A stretch of DNA of 63,257 nt, filler included, from an uncultured Ignavibacteriales bacterium (GTDB lineage: Bacteria > Zixibacteria > MSB-5A5 > GN15 > JAAZOE01), in NCBI GenBank assembly GCA_964611355.1. It is 5 parts of 5 records of this genome, joined end to end, with 100 filler letters (N's around TTAATTAATTAA, not from the genome) between each part and the next. Parts side by side here need not be neighbours in the genome. Positions count along the whole stretch, not along the records: positions 1 to 13,234 come from CAZSYD010000060.1; 4 more parts are not named here. The stretch is one strand, 5' to 3'. Shown here piece by piece: positions 1 to 9,701 of the stretch. Each line of letters opens with the position of its first letter. Within the stretch, counting starts at the first letter, position 1. Made by a program: the position numbers and the translations under genes. The notes beneath the pieces were generated by a model, which saw only the letters and a program-made list of their open reading frames with translations, made no database searches and had not been told where the DNA came from.

Positions 1-1379
1 ATATACCGGCTGAGGTCTTTGTCCTGAATTATCTTCGACAGCTTCTCCGTTACTATCTTAGGCGTTATCGTAATTGATTTCTCGCAATCGGGAGCATCGA
101 ACATTATTTCGTCAAGAAGGGCCGTCATAACCGTATGCAGACGGCGGGCGCCGATATTTTCCGCCGATTCGTTGACTTCCGCAGCGATACGGGCAATCTC
201 AATAATCGCTTTGTTGGTAAATTTAATGTCCACTCCCTCGGTGGCCATGAGTTCCTTATACTGCCGGGTCAGAGCAACCTTGGGTTCAGTCAGGATACGG
301 ACGAAATCTTCCGCGCCCAGCGAATCGAGTTCGACTCTGATCGGCAACCGTCCCTGAAGTTCCGGTACGAGATCCGACGGCGAGGCCCCATGAAAAGCGC
401 CGGCGGCGATGAAAAGAATATGATCGGTGCGTACCATACCATATTTGGTCGTAACGGCACACCCTTCGACTACCGGAAGAATATCACGCTGGACTCCTTC
501 GCGGGAGACATCGGGCCCGCTTTTCGACTCCCTGCCGACGATTTTATCAATCTCATCGATAAATACAATACCTGCCTGCTGGGCCCTATCAAGGGCGGTA
601 TTGATTACCTCATCCATATTGACCAGTTTGCCGGTCTCATCGGCCTCGATTATTTTGCGCGCTTCCGAAATCGCCATCTTCTGCTTCTTTTTCTTTTGCG
701 GAGGCATCAGGCTGCCGAACATTTCCTTGAAATTAATTCCCATTTCCTCGAGGCCCTGTGGCGTAAAAACCTCGATCATCGGTGTGCCGGAGGCGCTGAC
801 CTCGGCTTCAACGACACGGTCTTCGAGGAGTCCGTTTTCGAGCATTCCCCGCAGTCTCTCCCGGGTGCTTCGGACGCGGCTTTTTTCCTCATCGTCAGCG
901 ACCCCTGCCGATCTGGAAGAAGGCAGGAGCAAATCCAGCAGACGGTCGGTTGTTCGCCGGGCGGCTTCATCGGCGACCTGTTTCGCCTTTTCCTCTTTGA
1001 CCATGTTGACGGCCAGTTCGACCAGGTCACGGATCATCGATTCGACGTCGCGGCCGACGTAGCCGACCTCGGTAAACTTGGAAGCTTCCACCTTGACAAA
1101 AGGAGCCGCCGTCAGGGCGGCCAGCCGCCGCGAGATTTCGGTTTTTCCCACTCCTGTCGGGCCAATCATAAGAATATTGGCCGGCATGATTTCGGCGGCC
1201 AGATCGGATGATATCTCCTGCCGACGCCAGCGATTGCGAAGGGCAATAGCCACCGCTCGTTTGGCCTTATCCTGCCCGACAATGAATTTATCCAACTCAG
1301 CGACAATCTCTTTAGGCGTCAATTGTTTAATACCGCCGCTCTGCTTTGCCGTTTTACTATCAGATGTCTTTATTTCCAT
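1..1379 (-). CDS. hslU: ATP-dependent protease ATPase subunit HslU (3' end runs off window start)
   Basis: Not in ORF track; manual translation from ATG at 1379: MEIKTS...[34 protein letters not shown]...GPTGVGKTE; ends ...DKDLSRY at position 1 in the same frame; directly downstream of hslV. Confidence 0.96.
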   Translation of the reverse strand, partial: MEIKTSDSKTAKQSGGIKQLTPKEIVAELDKFIVGQDKAKRAVAIALRNRWRRQEISSDLAAEIMPANILMIGPTGVGKTEISRRLAALTAAPFVKVEASKFTEVGYVGRDVESMIRDLVELAVNMVKEEKAKQVADEAARRTTDRLLDLLLPSSRSAGVADDEEKSRVRSTRERLRGMLENGLLEDRVVEAEVSASGTPMIEVFTPQGLEEMGINFKEMFGSLMPPQKKKKQKMAISEARKIIEADETGKLVNMDEVINTALDRAQQAGIVFIDEIDKIVGRESKSGPDVSREGVQRDILPVVEGCAVTTKYGMVRTDHILFIAAGAFHGASPSDLVPELQGRLPIRVELDSLGAEDFVRILTEPKVALTRQYKELMATEGVDIKFTNKAIIEIARIAAEVNESAENIGARRLHTVMTALLDEIMFDAPDCEKSITITPKIVTEKLSKIIQDKDLSRY

Positions 1380-1381
1380 GA

Positions 1382-1915
1382 CTACTCCAGCGTTTCCACG
1401 ATGATATTATCGTTTGTGTAGACGCAAATACCGGCGGCGATCTCGATCGACTTCCTTACGATCGCGGCCGGTTCGAGATCGGCTTCCGCCACCAGCGCCC
1501 GTGCCGCCGCCAGGGCAAAATTACCGCCGGAACCGATGGCAATGATGCCGTCATCCGGTTCAACGACATCTCCTTTACCGGTGATTATAAATGAATTTTG
1601 CCGGTCAGCGACGGCAAGCAGCGCTTCCAGATGACGGAGAAACTTGTCCCGCCGCCATTCCTTGGCCAACTCGACAGCGGCCCGCGGCAGCTTGCCCGAA
1701 TATTCATCGATCTTTTTTTCAAACAGTTCAAAAAGGGTAAATGCGTCGGCGGCCGACCCGGCAAACCCGGCCAGAATTTTGTCATTATACATCCGGCGAA
1801 TTTTAACCGCTTTTGATTTCGTAATCGTTTCGCCGAAGGATACCTGGCCATCGCCGCCCAGAGCGACCTTGTCTCCAATCCTGACACAAAGAATCGTCGT
1901 AGCATGAAATTCCAT
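1382..1915 (-). CDS. hslV: ATP-dependent protease peptidase subunit HslV
   Basis: ATTIL N-terminal Thr nucleophile, [33 protein letters not shown]. Confidence 0.97.
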   Translation of the reverse strand: MEFHATTILCVRIGDKVALGGDGQVSFGETITKSKAVKIRRMYNDKILAGFAGSAADAFTLFELFEKKIDEYSGKLPRAAVELAKEWRRDKFLRHLEALLAVADRQNSFIITGKGDVVEPDDGIIAIGSGGNFALAAARALVAEADLEPAAIVRKSIEIAAGICVYTNDNIIVETLE

Positions 1916-1924
1916 TTCTTTACC

Positions 1925-2848
1925 TCACGCGCGCGGATGCGCTTTCTTATAAGCTTCTTTCAATCGTCCGGCCGTTATATGAGTATATTCCTGAGTGGTG
2001 GACAACGCCTCATGCCCCAGCATCTCCTGAATGGCGCGGATATCGGCGCCGTTATCGAGCAGATGGGTGGCGAAACTGTGCCGCAGCATATGCGGCGTAA
2101 CTTTCAGGCCGGCTTTAAGGCCATATGCCCGCACAACACGATTAACGCTGCGAACAGACAAAGGTTGCCCGTTTCGGCCGATGAAAAGATATTTGTTTTC
2201 CAGTTCGAGTTCCCGCAGCTTTTTATCACGGAAAAGCAAATATCTCCTGTAACTTGTAATGGCCGGTTGACCCAGTGGAACGGCCCTTTCCTTATTACCT
2301 TTGCCGAAGACCGTTACAACCGACCGGTCAATATCAATTGCGTCAATCGTGATACCGGCCAGCTCGGCCCGGCGGATACCGCAACTGTACAAAAACTCCA
2401 GCATGGTAAGATCACGATACAGCCTGAACTCTTTATCTTTCTTCACCGAACCGGATGAAACCGGCTGCGCCGGTTCCAAAACGTTTTTAACCTGATCGGG
2501 CGATAGAAATGGCGCCATCCTGCGGCTATATTTGATATTGGGAATCTCGAAAAGCATTTCCGGTTTGGCCTTTTTCTCGGTCAGGTAATTTTGAAACGTT
2601 GCCAGAGCCGACAGAAATCGAGCCACGGAACGGTTACTGATTTTCGCCTCGTGAAGATTTCCAAGATATGCTCGAAGAAGAACTCTGTTGCTTTCTTTTG
2701 ATGCGCCTTCCTGGAAATTATGCTTGTCCAGAAAGGCGGCAAACCGCCGCAGGTCGCGGCTGTAACCATCCACCGAATTGGCCGAATACCTGCCCGATTT
2801 TTTCATACCGATCAGAAAATCGGACAGATATTGCGTATAGCTCTTCAT
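1925..2848 (-). CDS. xerC: Tyrosine recombinase XerC/XerD family
   Basis: CGIRRAE, GKGNKER, HMLRHSFATHLLDNGADIRAIQEMLGH, TTQEYTH; topA-xer-hslVU context; start placed at ATG 2848 (MKSY), ORF track extends to 2884. Confidence 0.88.
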   Translation of the reverse strand: MKSYTQYLSDFLIGMKKSGRYSANSVDGYSRDLRRFAAFLDKHNFQEGASKESNRVLLRAYLGNLHEAKISNRSVARFLSALATFQNYLTEKKAKPEMLFEIPNIKYSRRMAPFLSPDQVKNVLEPAQPVSSGSVKKDKEFRLYRDLTMLEFLYSCGIRRAELAGITIDAIDIDRSVVTVFGKGNKERAVPLGQPAITSYRRYLLFRDKKLRELELENKYLFIGRNGQPLSVRSVNRVVRAYGLKAGLKVTPHMLRHSFATHLLDNGADIRAIQEMLGHEALSTTQEYTHITAGRLKEAYKKAHPRA

Positions 2849-2927
2849 CAGGGACAATCTATGACCGGTTATGAAAAGAATCAATATGTTTTTGGGTGGG
2901 CCGATAAATCCAATAAATGGATAGGAA

Positions 2928-5216
2928 CTACTTCGTTATCACTTGCTTGGGTTTTTCACCGGATTTATCTTCTTCAGCTTCCGGGTACGTAACCGCCTTG
3001 CAACTTGGACAATAATAATGGAAGCCTTTGGCCTTTGTAGTTTTTTCGACCAAATACGGGTGGCCGCAGGCTTTGCAGGGCTGGTTGACCGGTTTATTCC
3101 ACGAGACAAAATCACATTTGGGGTAGCGACTGCAGCCATAGAAAGTCCGGCCGCGTTTGCTTCTGCGTTCGACGATTTGGCCGTCGCATCCTTCGCGGGG
3201 GCAGGCAATACCGGTTGACAGCGGCATAGTAAATCTGCATTCGGGATAATTTATACAGCCGAGGAATTTGCCGAATCGGCCGGTCTTTACAACCATCGCG
3301 CCGCCGCACTTCTCGCACTTCTGGTCAGTTTCGACGATTTCTTCTTCCTCGCCATTTAATGGCCGCGTGGTTTTGCACCGGGGATAATCGCTGCAGGCCA
3401 GAAAACGTCCGTTGCGGCCCCACTTGATAACCATCGGACTGCCGCAGTTTTCGCACTTTTCGTCGGTTGCCTCGGTCATGGAAGCTTTGATTTCTTTGGT
3501 CTTGCCCTTGAGAGAATCAAGAGTCGAGGCAAACGGCCGGTAAAACTCGTCCAACACCTCGGTCCAGTCGATTTTGCCTTCTTCGACCTCGTCCAGTTCC
3601 TCTTCCATGTTGGCCGTAAACGATACATCAAAGAGCTTTTCAAAATTATCGACCAGGATTTTGATTACGGCAAAACCAAGCTCGGTCGGCACAAGCCGCC
3701 GTTCGGTCAGTTCAACATATTTGCGCTGTTTGAGAGTAAAAATTATCTGAGCGTACGTCGATGGTCGGCCGATTCCTTTCGATTCCAGTTCCCTGACCAG
3801 CGAAGCCTCAGAAAATCGCGGCGGCGGCTTGGTGAAATGCTGTGACGGTTCAAATTTATCGGCCGTCAGATTTTCGCCTTTTTCGAGAGGCGGAATCTCG
3901 GCCTTGCCGTTATTGTTGCCGTTACTATTGCCGTTGGGGTCACTTTCTTTATATAACTTCAGGTATCCGTCGAATTTCAGGTTCAGCGAGGCGGCTCGGA
4001 AAAGGTAGTTGTCGGCGGCGATATCAACTGAAACCGTGTCATATACGGCCGGTTCCATCTGTGAAGCGACAAAACGATCCCAGATAAGGGAATAAAGTCT
4101 GTGCTGATCTTTGGTCAGCTTTTTCTTCAGCTTATCCGGGCTGTATTCCGTATAGGTCGGGCGAATCGCTTCGTGAGCGTCCTGAGCCGATTTTTTGGTC
4201 TTGAAGAACCTCGGTTTATCAGGCAGATATTCCTCGCCGTAAGTTTTCTTAATGTAGTTGCGCGCTTCCTGAATCGCTTCCGGTTCAACCCGAACCGAAT
4301 CGGTGCGCATATAGGTAATAAGACCGACCGGGCCGGCTTCTCCCTTAAGGTCGATGCCTTCATAGAGGGCCTGGGCGACCCGCATGGTTTTTTGCGGCGC
4401 GAAATAAAGCTTTTGAGCGGCATCCTGCTGCAAAGTCGAGGTAATAAACGGCGGAAGAGGATTTCGTTTTTTGGCGCCGATCCTGATATCGGAAACGATA
4501 AACTTCTTTTCTTTTAGTTCCTCAATCGCCTTGGCGGTCACAGCCTGGTCGGGCAGTTCTGCTTTTTTATCATCGATTTTAACCAGCCTGGCCGTAAAGG
4601 CCTGCTTTTTCTTATTGGCCAGTTCGACTTCGATTTCCCAGTATTCCCGCGGCTTGAAAGCGCGGATTTCGTTCTCGCGCTCGCAGACAATCCGCAGCGC
4701 AACCGACTGCACCCGTCCCGCCGAAAGACCGCGCGCGATGGTTTGCCAGAGGAACGGCGAAACCTTGTACCCGACGATCCGGTCAAGTATCCGCCTGGCC
4801 TGCTGGGCGTTGACCAGGTCCATGTCAATATCGCGCGCATGGTCAAACGCCTCGGTAACGGCTTTCCTGGTGATAGCGTTAAAGGCCACCCTGCTGATAT
4901 GACCGTTGATCCGCGACCGCTTCAGGCTGTTGGACACGTGCCAGGCAATCGCCTCACCTTCGCGATCCGGGTCGGGAGCCAGATAGATATTGCTCGCTTT
5001 TCGTGCGGCCGCTCGCAGGTCTTTGATGACCTTATCCTTACCCTCAATGACGACATAATCGGGTTTGAAGTTGTTCTCAAAGTCAACCCCGATCTTCGAT
5101 TTGGGCAGATCGATGATATGGCCGACGGTGGCCACGACATCAAACCCTCCACCCAAAAGCTTTTTCAGGGTTCTGGATTTGGCGGGAGACTCAACTATCA
5201 ACAGGTTTCCGGCCAT
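2928..5216 (-). CDS. topA: DNA topoisomerase I with C-terminal zinc ribbons
   Basis: LLIVESPAK, DPDREGEAIAWH, SAGRVQS, ITYMRTDS, GIGRPSTY; C4 zinc-ribbon repeats. Confidence 0.97.
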   Translation of the reverse strand: MAGNLLIVESPAKSRTLKKLLGGGFDVVATVGHIIDLPKSKIGVDFENNFKPDYVVIEGKDKVIKDLRAAARKASNIYLAPDPDREGEAIAWHVSNSLKRSRINGHISRVAFNAITRKAVTEAFDHARDIDMDLVNAQQARRILDRIVGYKVSPFLWQTIARGLSAGRVQSVALRIVCERENEIRAFKPREYWEIEVELANKKKQAFTARLVKIDDKKAELPDQAVTAKAIEELKEKKFIVSDIRIGAKKRNPLPPFITSTLQQDAAQKLYFAPQKTMRVAQALYEGIDLKGEAGPVGLITYMRTDSVRVEPEAIQEARNYIKKTYGEEYLPDKPRFFKTKKSAQDAHEAIRPTYTEYSPDKLKKKLTKDQHRLYSLIWDRFVASQMEPAVYDTVSVDIAADNYLFRAASLNLKFDGYLKLYKESDPNGNSNGNNNGKAEIPPLEKGENLTADKFEPSQHFTKPPPRFSEASLVRELESKGIGRPSTYAQIIFTLKQRKYVELTERRLVPTELGFAVIKILVDNFEKLFDVSFTANMEEELDEVEEGKIDWTEVLDEFYRPFASTLDSLKGKTKEIKASMTEATDEKCENCGSPMVIKWGRNGRFLACSDYPRCKTTRPLNGEEEEIVETDQKCEKCGGAMVVKTGRFGKFLGCINYPECRFTMPLSTGIACPREGCDGQIVERRSKRGRTFYGCSRYPKCDFVSWNKPVNQPCKACGHPYLVEKTTKAKGFHYYCPSCKAVTYPEAEEDKSGEKPKQVITK

Positions 5217-5443
5217 CAATTATTCCGGTTGAATTTTACTTTTCCTTCGATACAATCTTTGAGCGCCACGGCGGTCATTTTACGACCGTCAATTTCGATG
5301 TCTCCCGGCTCTTCGCTAACCAGCATTTCCATCTTGGCCAGCCTCACGGCATTAAGCTGCCGAGCCCTCTGGGCTGCGATCAGAACCGCCTCGTAGCGGT
5401 TCTCGGTTAATTCGTAAAGCGTATCAAGAGACGTGAATCCCAT
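5216..5443 (-). CDS. rpoZ: RNA polymerase omega subunit
   Basis: NRYEAVLIAAQRARQL; follows gmk; AGGAGG RBS. Confidence 0.9.
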   Translation of the reverse strand: MGFTSLDTLYELTENRYEAVLIAAQRARQLNAVRLAKMEMLVSEEPGDIEIDGRKMTAVALKDCIEGKVKFNRNN

Positions 5444-5476
5444 TTCGTCCTCCTATAATCCTGCTGCCGGTTTTAC

Positions 5477-6127
5477 CTATTCAAAAACAGAATAAGCTTT
5501 TGATCGGTTCCTGCCAAAATGAGTGACGCCGACCGTCCAGGATTTAATCATATGGTCGGCAGCAGAAACGGCGATATTAATACTTTCGTTGATTATTATG
5601 TAATCAAAGCGGTTAAACCTGCCCATCTCGGCAATAGCGTTTTTAAGTCTAACCGCACGCTGGGCTTTTGTTTCCGTGCCGCGCCGCTTTAATCTTTTTT
5701 CCAAAACCGAAAGCGCCTGTCGTTTTTTCAACTCTTCCACATCGGGCGGCAGCAGAAATATCGAAATAGCCTGGGGGTATTTTTTCTTGATACCAAAAGC
5801 TCCCTTGACGTCAACATCCAGAAGTATTACCCCGCCTTTTTTTACCGTCTCTTCCAGCGGTTTGCGCGGCGTACCATAATAATAACGATGCACTCGGGCC
5901 GATTCCGCAAAAAACCCCCGCTGCCGTAATTCCATAAATTTCGCCTTATCCACAAAGTGATATTCACGCCCATTTACCTCGCGGGCTCTTCTGGCGCGGG
6001 TAGTGTAAGAAACCGAAAACGACCAGCCGGGGTTGGCTTTCAGCAGCCGTCGGCAAATAGTAGTTTTGCCGCCCCCCGAAGGGGAAGAGATAATTACGAT
6101 TTTCCCTTTACCTCTGGAGGTGCGCAC
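5477..6127 (-). CDS. gmk: Guanylate kinase
   Basis: SSPSGGGKTT, SVSYTTR, EVNGREYHFV, YYGTP. Confidence 0.95.
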   Translation of the reverse strand: MRTSRGKGKIVIISSPSGGGKTTICRRLLKANPGWSFSVSYTTRARRAREVNGREYHFVDKAKFMELRQRGFFAESARVHRYYYGTPRKPLEETVKKGGVILLDVDVKGAFGIKKKYPQAISIFLLPPDVEELKKRQALSVLEKRLKRRGTETKAQRAVRLKNAIAEMGRFNRFDYIIINESINIAVSAADHMIKSWTVGVTHFGRNRSKAYSVFE

Positions 6128-6136
6128 GGGGATGTC

Positions 6137-7012
6137 CTATTCGATGTTTTGAATCTGTTCGCGAAGTTTCTCTATTTCTTCTTTAAGCTCAATGGCGCGG
6201 GTCGAGGTAGTTCCCGACAGCGCTTTCGAGCTGATGGTATTGGCTTCGCGGCCCATTTCCTGAAGAATAAAGTTGAGCCTTTTACCCGTCTCGCCGCCGG
6301 ATTTCATGGTTGCTCCAAACATATCCAGATGGGAACGCAGGCGAATACATTCTTCGGTCAGGTCAGACCGGTCGGCATAAATGGTAACCTCTTCGGCCAC
6401 ACGGCCGGGATCGAGTTCAAGCCCGTTACTCCATTCATGGATACGTTTTATAAGCCTCTGCCTGTAAGCTATCACGTTTTTGGGCGATTGTTTTTCAATG
6501 GAACGCACCAGTCCGGCGGCATGTTTTAGCCGCTGATTTATATCCCGCTTAAGATTTCGGCCTTCGGCGACCCGCATCTTATACAGGTCGTTGACCGCCC
6601 TGGTTATGAGATTTTCCAGATCGGGCCATATCTTTATTTCGCTCAACCTTTCATTATTACCGGCTAATAAATCAGGGTAAGCAACGACATGACCGATTTC
6701 AATCCGGCCGGGCAGGTTCAGCTTTTTCTTCAGCTTAAGCAACTGATTATAATATCCCCCGGCGACCCTAAAATCGATCAAAGCTTCGGCGGCCACGACC
6801 GGTGATTCCTCGAGGTTGACTACAACAGTAACCTTACCCCGCGAAATATTCTTGCCTATCAATTCCCTGATTTTGGCTTCCAGTCCGATCAGGGTTCGCG
6901 GCATCCGGAAAATACACTCCAGATAACGCCCGTTTACCGAGGAAAGTTCAATACAGAGCCTGTATTCCTTTCGGGAAACCTCGGCCCTGCCGTAACCGGT
7001 CATTGAATTCAT
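6137..7012 (-). CDS. yicC: YicC/YloC family endoribonuclease
   Basis: MNSMTGYG, SVNGRYLE, GKRLNFILQEMGREANTISSK, EKLREQIQNIE. Confidence 0.95.
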   Translation of the reverse strand: MNSMTGYGRAEVSRKEYRLCIELSSVNGRYLECIFRMPRTLIGLEAKIRELIGKNISRGKVTVVVNLEESPVVAAEALIDFRVAGGYYNQLLKLKKKLNLPGRIEIGHVVAYPDLLAGNNERLSEIKIWPDLENLITRAVNDLYKMRVAEGRNLKRDINQRLKHAAGLVRSIEKQSPKNVIAYRQRLIKRIHEWSNGLELDPGRVAEEVTIYADRSDLTEECIRLRSHLDMFGATMKSGGETGKRLNFILQEMGREANTISSKALSGTTSTRAIELKEEIEKLREQIQNIE

Positions 7013-7039
7013 GCCCTATCCCACCCAAATTAAGCATCG

Positions 7040-7067
7040 AATATAGGGAACCGGAGCTGTTTGTCAA
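7040..7067 (-). promoter_or_regulatory. sigma70-type promoter for the yicC-gmk-rpoZ-topA run
   Basis: TTGACA-N16-TATATT on minus strand, 27 nt upstream of yicC ATG. Confidence 0.6.
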
Positions 7068-7073
7068 ATGGTT

Positions 7074-7802
7074 TTATCCAGACACACCGGCCGGAATCGA
7101 TTTGCGCCATCGGCTGGTGCCTTTTCTATTAAGTTTCAGCATCGGTCCGACCGGAGTCTGCTTGACCGAAGCGGTCATCAGATTGGCCATCTGGCGAGTG
7201 ATCTGCTCGATCCGCCGGGCGGATTTTTCAATCATCTCGAGCTTTTCATATACCTCGTCGTCGTTAGTTTCCGGGCTGTTAATAAGCAGTTCGACATTGC
7301 CCAGTATGGCCATCAGGGGATTGTTGATTTCATGGTTCAGGGTTGAAACCAGGGCAGTGATCATCTCCAACTTTTCGGTTTCTCTGGCTTTGGATTCCAA
7401 CCGTCGATTCTTTAATATCAATCTGTGTTTTTGATATGCCTGTTCGATTACACGGGGAATGGTCGCGGCGAAATCCCCGGTTTTGCAAACGTAGTCGACG
7501 GCGCCCATCTTCATGGCCTCAACCGCCGTTTGCTCGGTACCGGCTCCGGTAACGATAATAACCGGCACGTCAGGCTTTTCAATCTGAATCAGCGAAAGGA
7601 GTTCGAGTCCGTCCATATCCGGCAGATTGAAATCCACGGTAATCAGGTCGAATTTGTCATCTTTGGCGCTTTTAAGAAAAGATTTCCCGGTTCGGAAGAC
7701 GGAGATCATATATTCTGGGTATTTCTCCAGAATGACCCGTTCCATAAGCAGAGCGTGGTAATGGTTATCCTCGATCAGGGCTATTTTCATCTTTTTCTTC
7801 AT
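7074..7802 (-). CDS. Receiver domain + HisKA (DHp) protein with no HATPase domain
   Basis: IALIEDN, TVDFNLPDMDGLELL, GAVDYVCK; H-box LNHEINNPLMAILG; ends about 60 aa later. Confidence 0.85.
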   Translation of the reverse strand: MKKKMKIALIEDNHYHALLMERVILEKYPEYMISVFRTGKSFLKSAKDDKFDLITVDFNLPDMDGLELLSLIQIEKPDVPVIIVTGAGTEQTAVEAMKMGAVDYVCKTGDFAATIPRVIEQAYQKHRLILKNRRLESKARETEKLEMITALVSTLNHEINNPLMAILGNVELLINSPETNDDEVYEKLEMIEKSARRIEQITRQMANLMTASVKQTPVGPMLKLNRKGTSRWRKSIPAGVSG

Positions 7803-7807
7803 GCGGA

Positions 7808-9697
7808 CTAATCACCTGCCTGAACGGGAAACGTAAAACTTATCGTAGTACCAATCTGGCCGGAATTTTCCAGCCAGATTTTGCCTCCCCACGACACGAC
7901 CAGATCACGAGTGATTGTAAGTCCCATTCCGGTTCCCGGGACGTCTTTCAAACCTTCTCTCGGAATCCGGAAAAACGGTTCAAAAACCTTGTCTTTATAA
8001 TCATCTCCTATACCCGGACCGTAATCGGAAACGGAGAACAGATGTCGGCCGTTTTCCCGGCTATACATTATTATTACCGTCGATCGTTCGGAACAGGTCG
8101 AATACTTAAAGGCGTTATCAAGGATATTGCGCAACACCTGGATCAACTTGTCTTTTGGAGCAATGACCTCGGGCAGGTTTTCATCGATTTCGACCTGATA
8201 ATCGGTATCCGGATAAGTGGCTCTCAATAATTTTATGAGGTTGCTGACAGCCTCTTTGACATTCACCTTTTCAGCGGTCTGCCCCGCAACCCAGTTTTCG
8301 CACATATCGCCCAAGCGGTCGATCATATCCTGAAGGATTCGGCTGTTTTCCCGCAGGCAATTAACGGCAAATCGCCCCTTATCGTCCAATTGTCCGGCAT
8401 GTTCTTTCTGTAGATTTCCGGAAAAAGCATCCATGGTAATAAGCGGCGCTCTAAGGTCATGTACAAGGTTTCGAATAAGCTTGCGGGTGGATTCAAGAGA
8501 GGAGCCGATCTCACCATCCAAAACAGAACCCGGCAGAAACAGAAAGACGGCCATTGATGAACCCGCCAACTGCAGCGGCCCGGCCAAAATGGACACCATA
8601 CGTTTGCGGTCCGCCGTTTTGTAGAAAGCCGCACTCACCTCCTGCCGTGAGAATATATCAGAAAACGGAGATTGCTGAAATGGAACGGGATCGCCTGACT
8701 GGCCGCACAACTGCAGCGACGTGAACATGTTTCGGAAATCGGTATTGCCGTTCCTACTCTGCGCGGGGAAGCTCCGAAGAAAACAATCGTTCTTATATAC
8801 CACCGAAAAACCCGCGTCAATCGCAACCACGCCTGTCTGCAGCGAGTTACCTATACGTCCCAGGAGAGAAATCCGGCCTGCCGGTGAGGTCGTTACGTCG
8901 GCAATGGCGAAATGTCGATTCCATGTTTTCGCCAAAAGGCTCATCTCCGCCTGAATCATGGCCGAGGGCCGATAATCAGCCGGCCCATAGAGGTGAAGGA
9001 AAAGTCTCTTATCACCATTATACCTGAGAAATACAGCCGCTTCCGCCTTACGCCCGCAAAACTCTACGTGCAGTTCACGGAACTCCGGCATGTCAAACTC
9101 GACGCCACTGTTATCATATACATATTGTTCAATATATGCAGGCACAGTGTAATCAAGATTCCGATGAGGATATGATCCAACCGGCTCAAGACGGCCGTTG
9201 ATGTCAGGCAGGTAGGCTCCAACATTGGCATACCCCCCTACCCGTCCGAAAATCTCGGCAACAATATTGAAATCGACCGCATCCGGGCCTTGATTTACTA
9301 ATTCGAGGAATTGTCGTTCGACACTTGAGCCGGACGATACCTCTTCACTACGGGAAGGAATCAGGATTAACTGATAATTAACCGGATTACCGCCGATGAA
9401 ATTAAGAGTAACAACCGTTTCAAACCGACAGAGCTTATCATCGGCCACGCAAACGGTTAATGGCAGAGCCTGATAGAACGATTCATAACGACTATGATGG
9501 TTTAGAACCTGCTCCAGGTCCTGGAGTGATCCATTGGAGATAACTTCATATACGGATTTCCCGAGAAGCTCGTCGCGCGAGTAACCCAAAAGCTCTTCGG
9601 TTTCATCATCAATATAGACAAATCGACCCTTAAGATCGATTTTAAAGACGGCGCAGCGTGTAATAGTCCCTTTCTCTGCGCTGATGGTATTGGGCAT
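7808..9697 (-). CDS. Cytoplasmic PAS-domain sensor histidine kinase
   Basis: PAS (IDLKGRFVYID...LLGYSRDELLGKS), HDLRAPL, NILDNAFKY, DYGPGI, GTGMGL; no TM segment evident. Confidence 0.9.
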   Translation of the reverse strand: MPNTISAEKGTITRCAVFKIDLKGRFVYIDDETEELLGYSRDELLGKSVYEVISNGSLQDLEQVLNHHSRYESFYQALPLTVCVADDKLCRFETVVTLNFIGGNPVNYQLILIPSRSEEVSSGSSVERQFLELVNQGPDAVDFNIVAEIFGRVGGYANVGAYLPDINGRLEPVGSYPHRNLDYTVPAYIEQYVYDNSGVEFDMPEFRELHVEFCGRKAEAAVFLRYNGDKRLFLHLYGPADYRPSAMIQAEMSLLAKTWNRHFAIADVTTSPAGRISLLGRIGNSLQTGVVAIDAGFSVVYKNDCFLRSFPAQSRNGNTDFRNMFTSLQLCGQSGDPVPFQQSPFSDIFSRQEVSAAFYKTADRKRMVSILAGPLQLAGSSMAVFLFLPGSVLDGEIGSSLESTRKLIRNLVHDLRAPLITMDAFSGNLQKEHAGQLDDKGRFAVNCLRENSRILQDMIDRLGDMCENWVAGQTAEKVNVKEAVSNLIKLLRATYPDTDYQVEIDENLPEVIAPKDKLIQVLRNILDNAFKYSTCSERSTVIIMYSRENGRHLFSVSDYGPGIGDDYKDKVFEPFFRIPREGLKDVPGTGMGLTITRDLVVSWGGKIWLENSGQIGTTISFTFPVQAGD

Positions 9698-9701
9698 AAC
9701 T

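Noticed and set aside
135..1211. 358-aa + strand ORF and other long antisense ORFs (e.g. 4743-5396, 28422-29363, 51583-52191)
   Set aside because: Shadow frames of hslU, topA, POP and gyrA; no recognisable motifs
1925..2848. Tyrosine recombinase as a prophage/island integrase
   Set aside because: Xer size and motifs in the housekeeping topA-xer-hslVU context; no att sites or cargo
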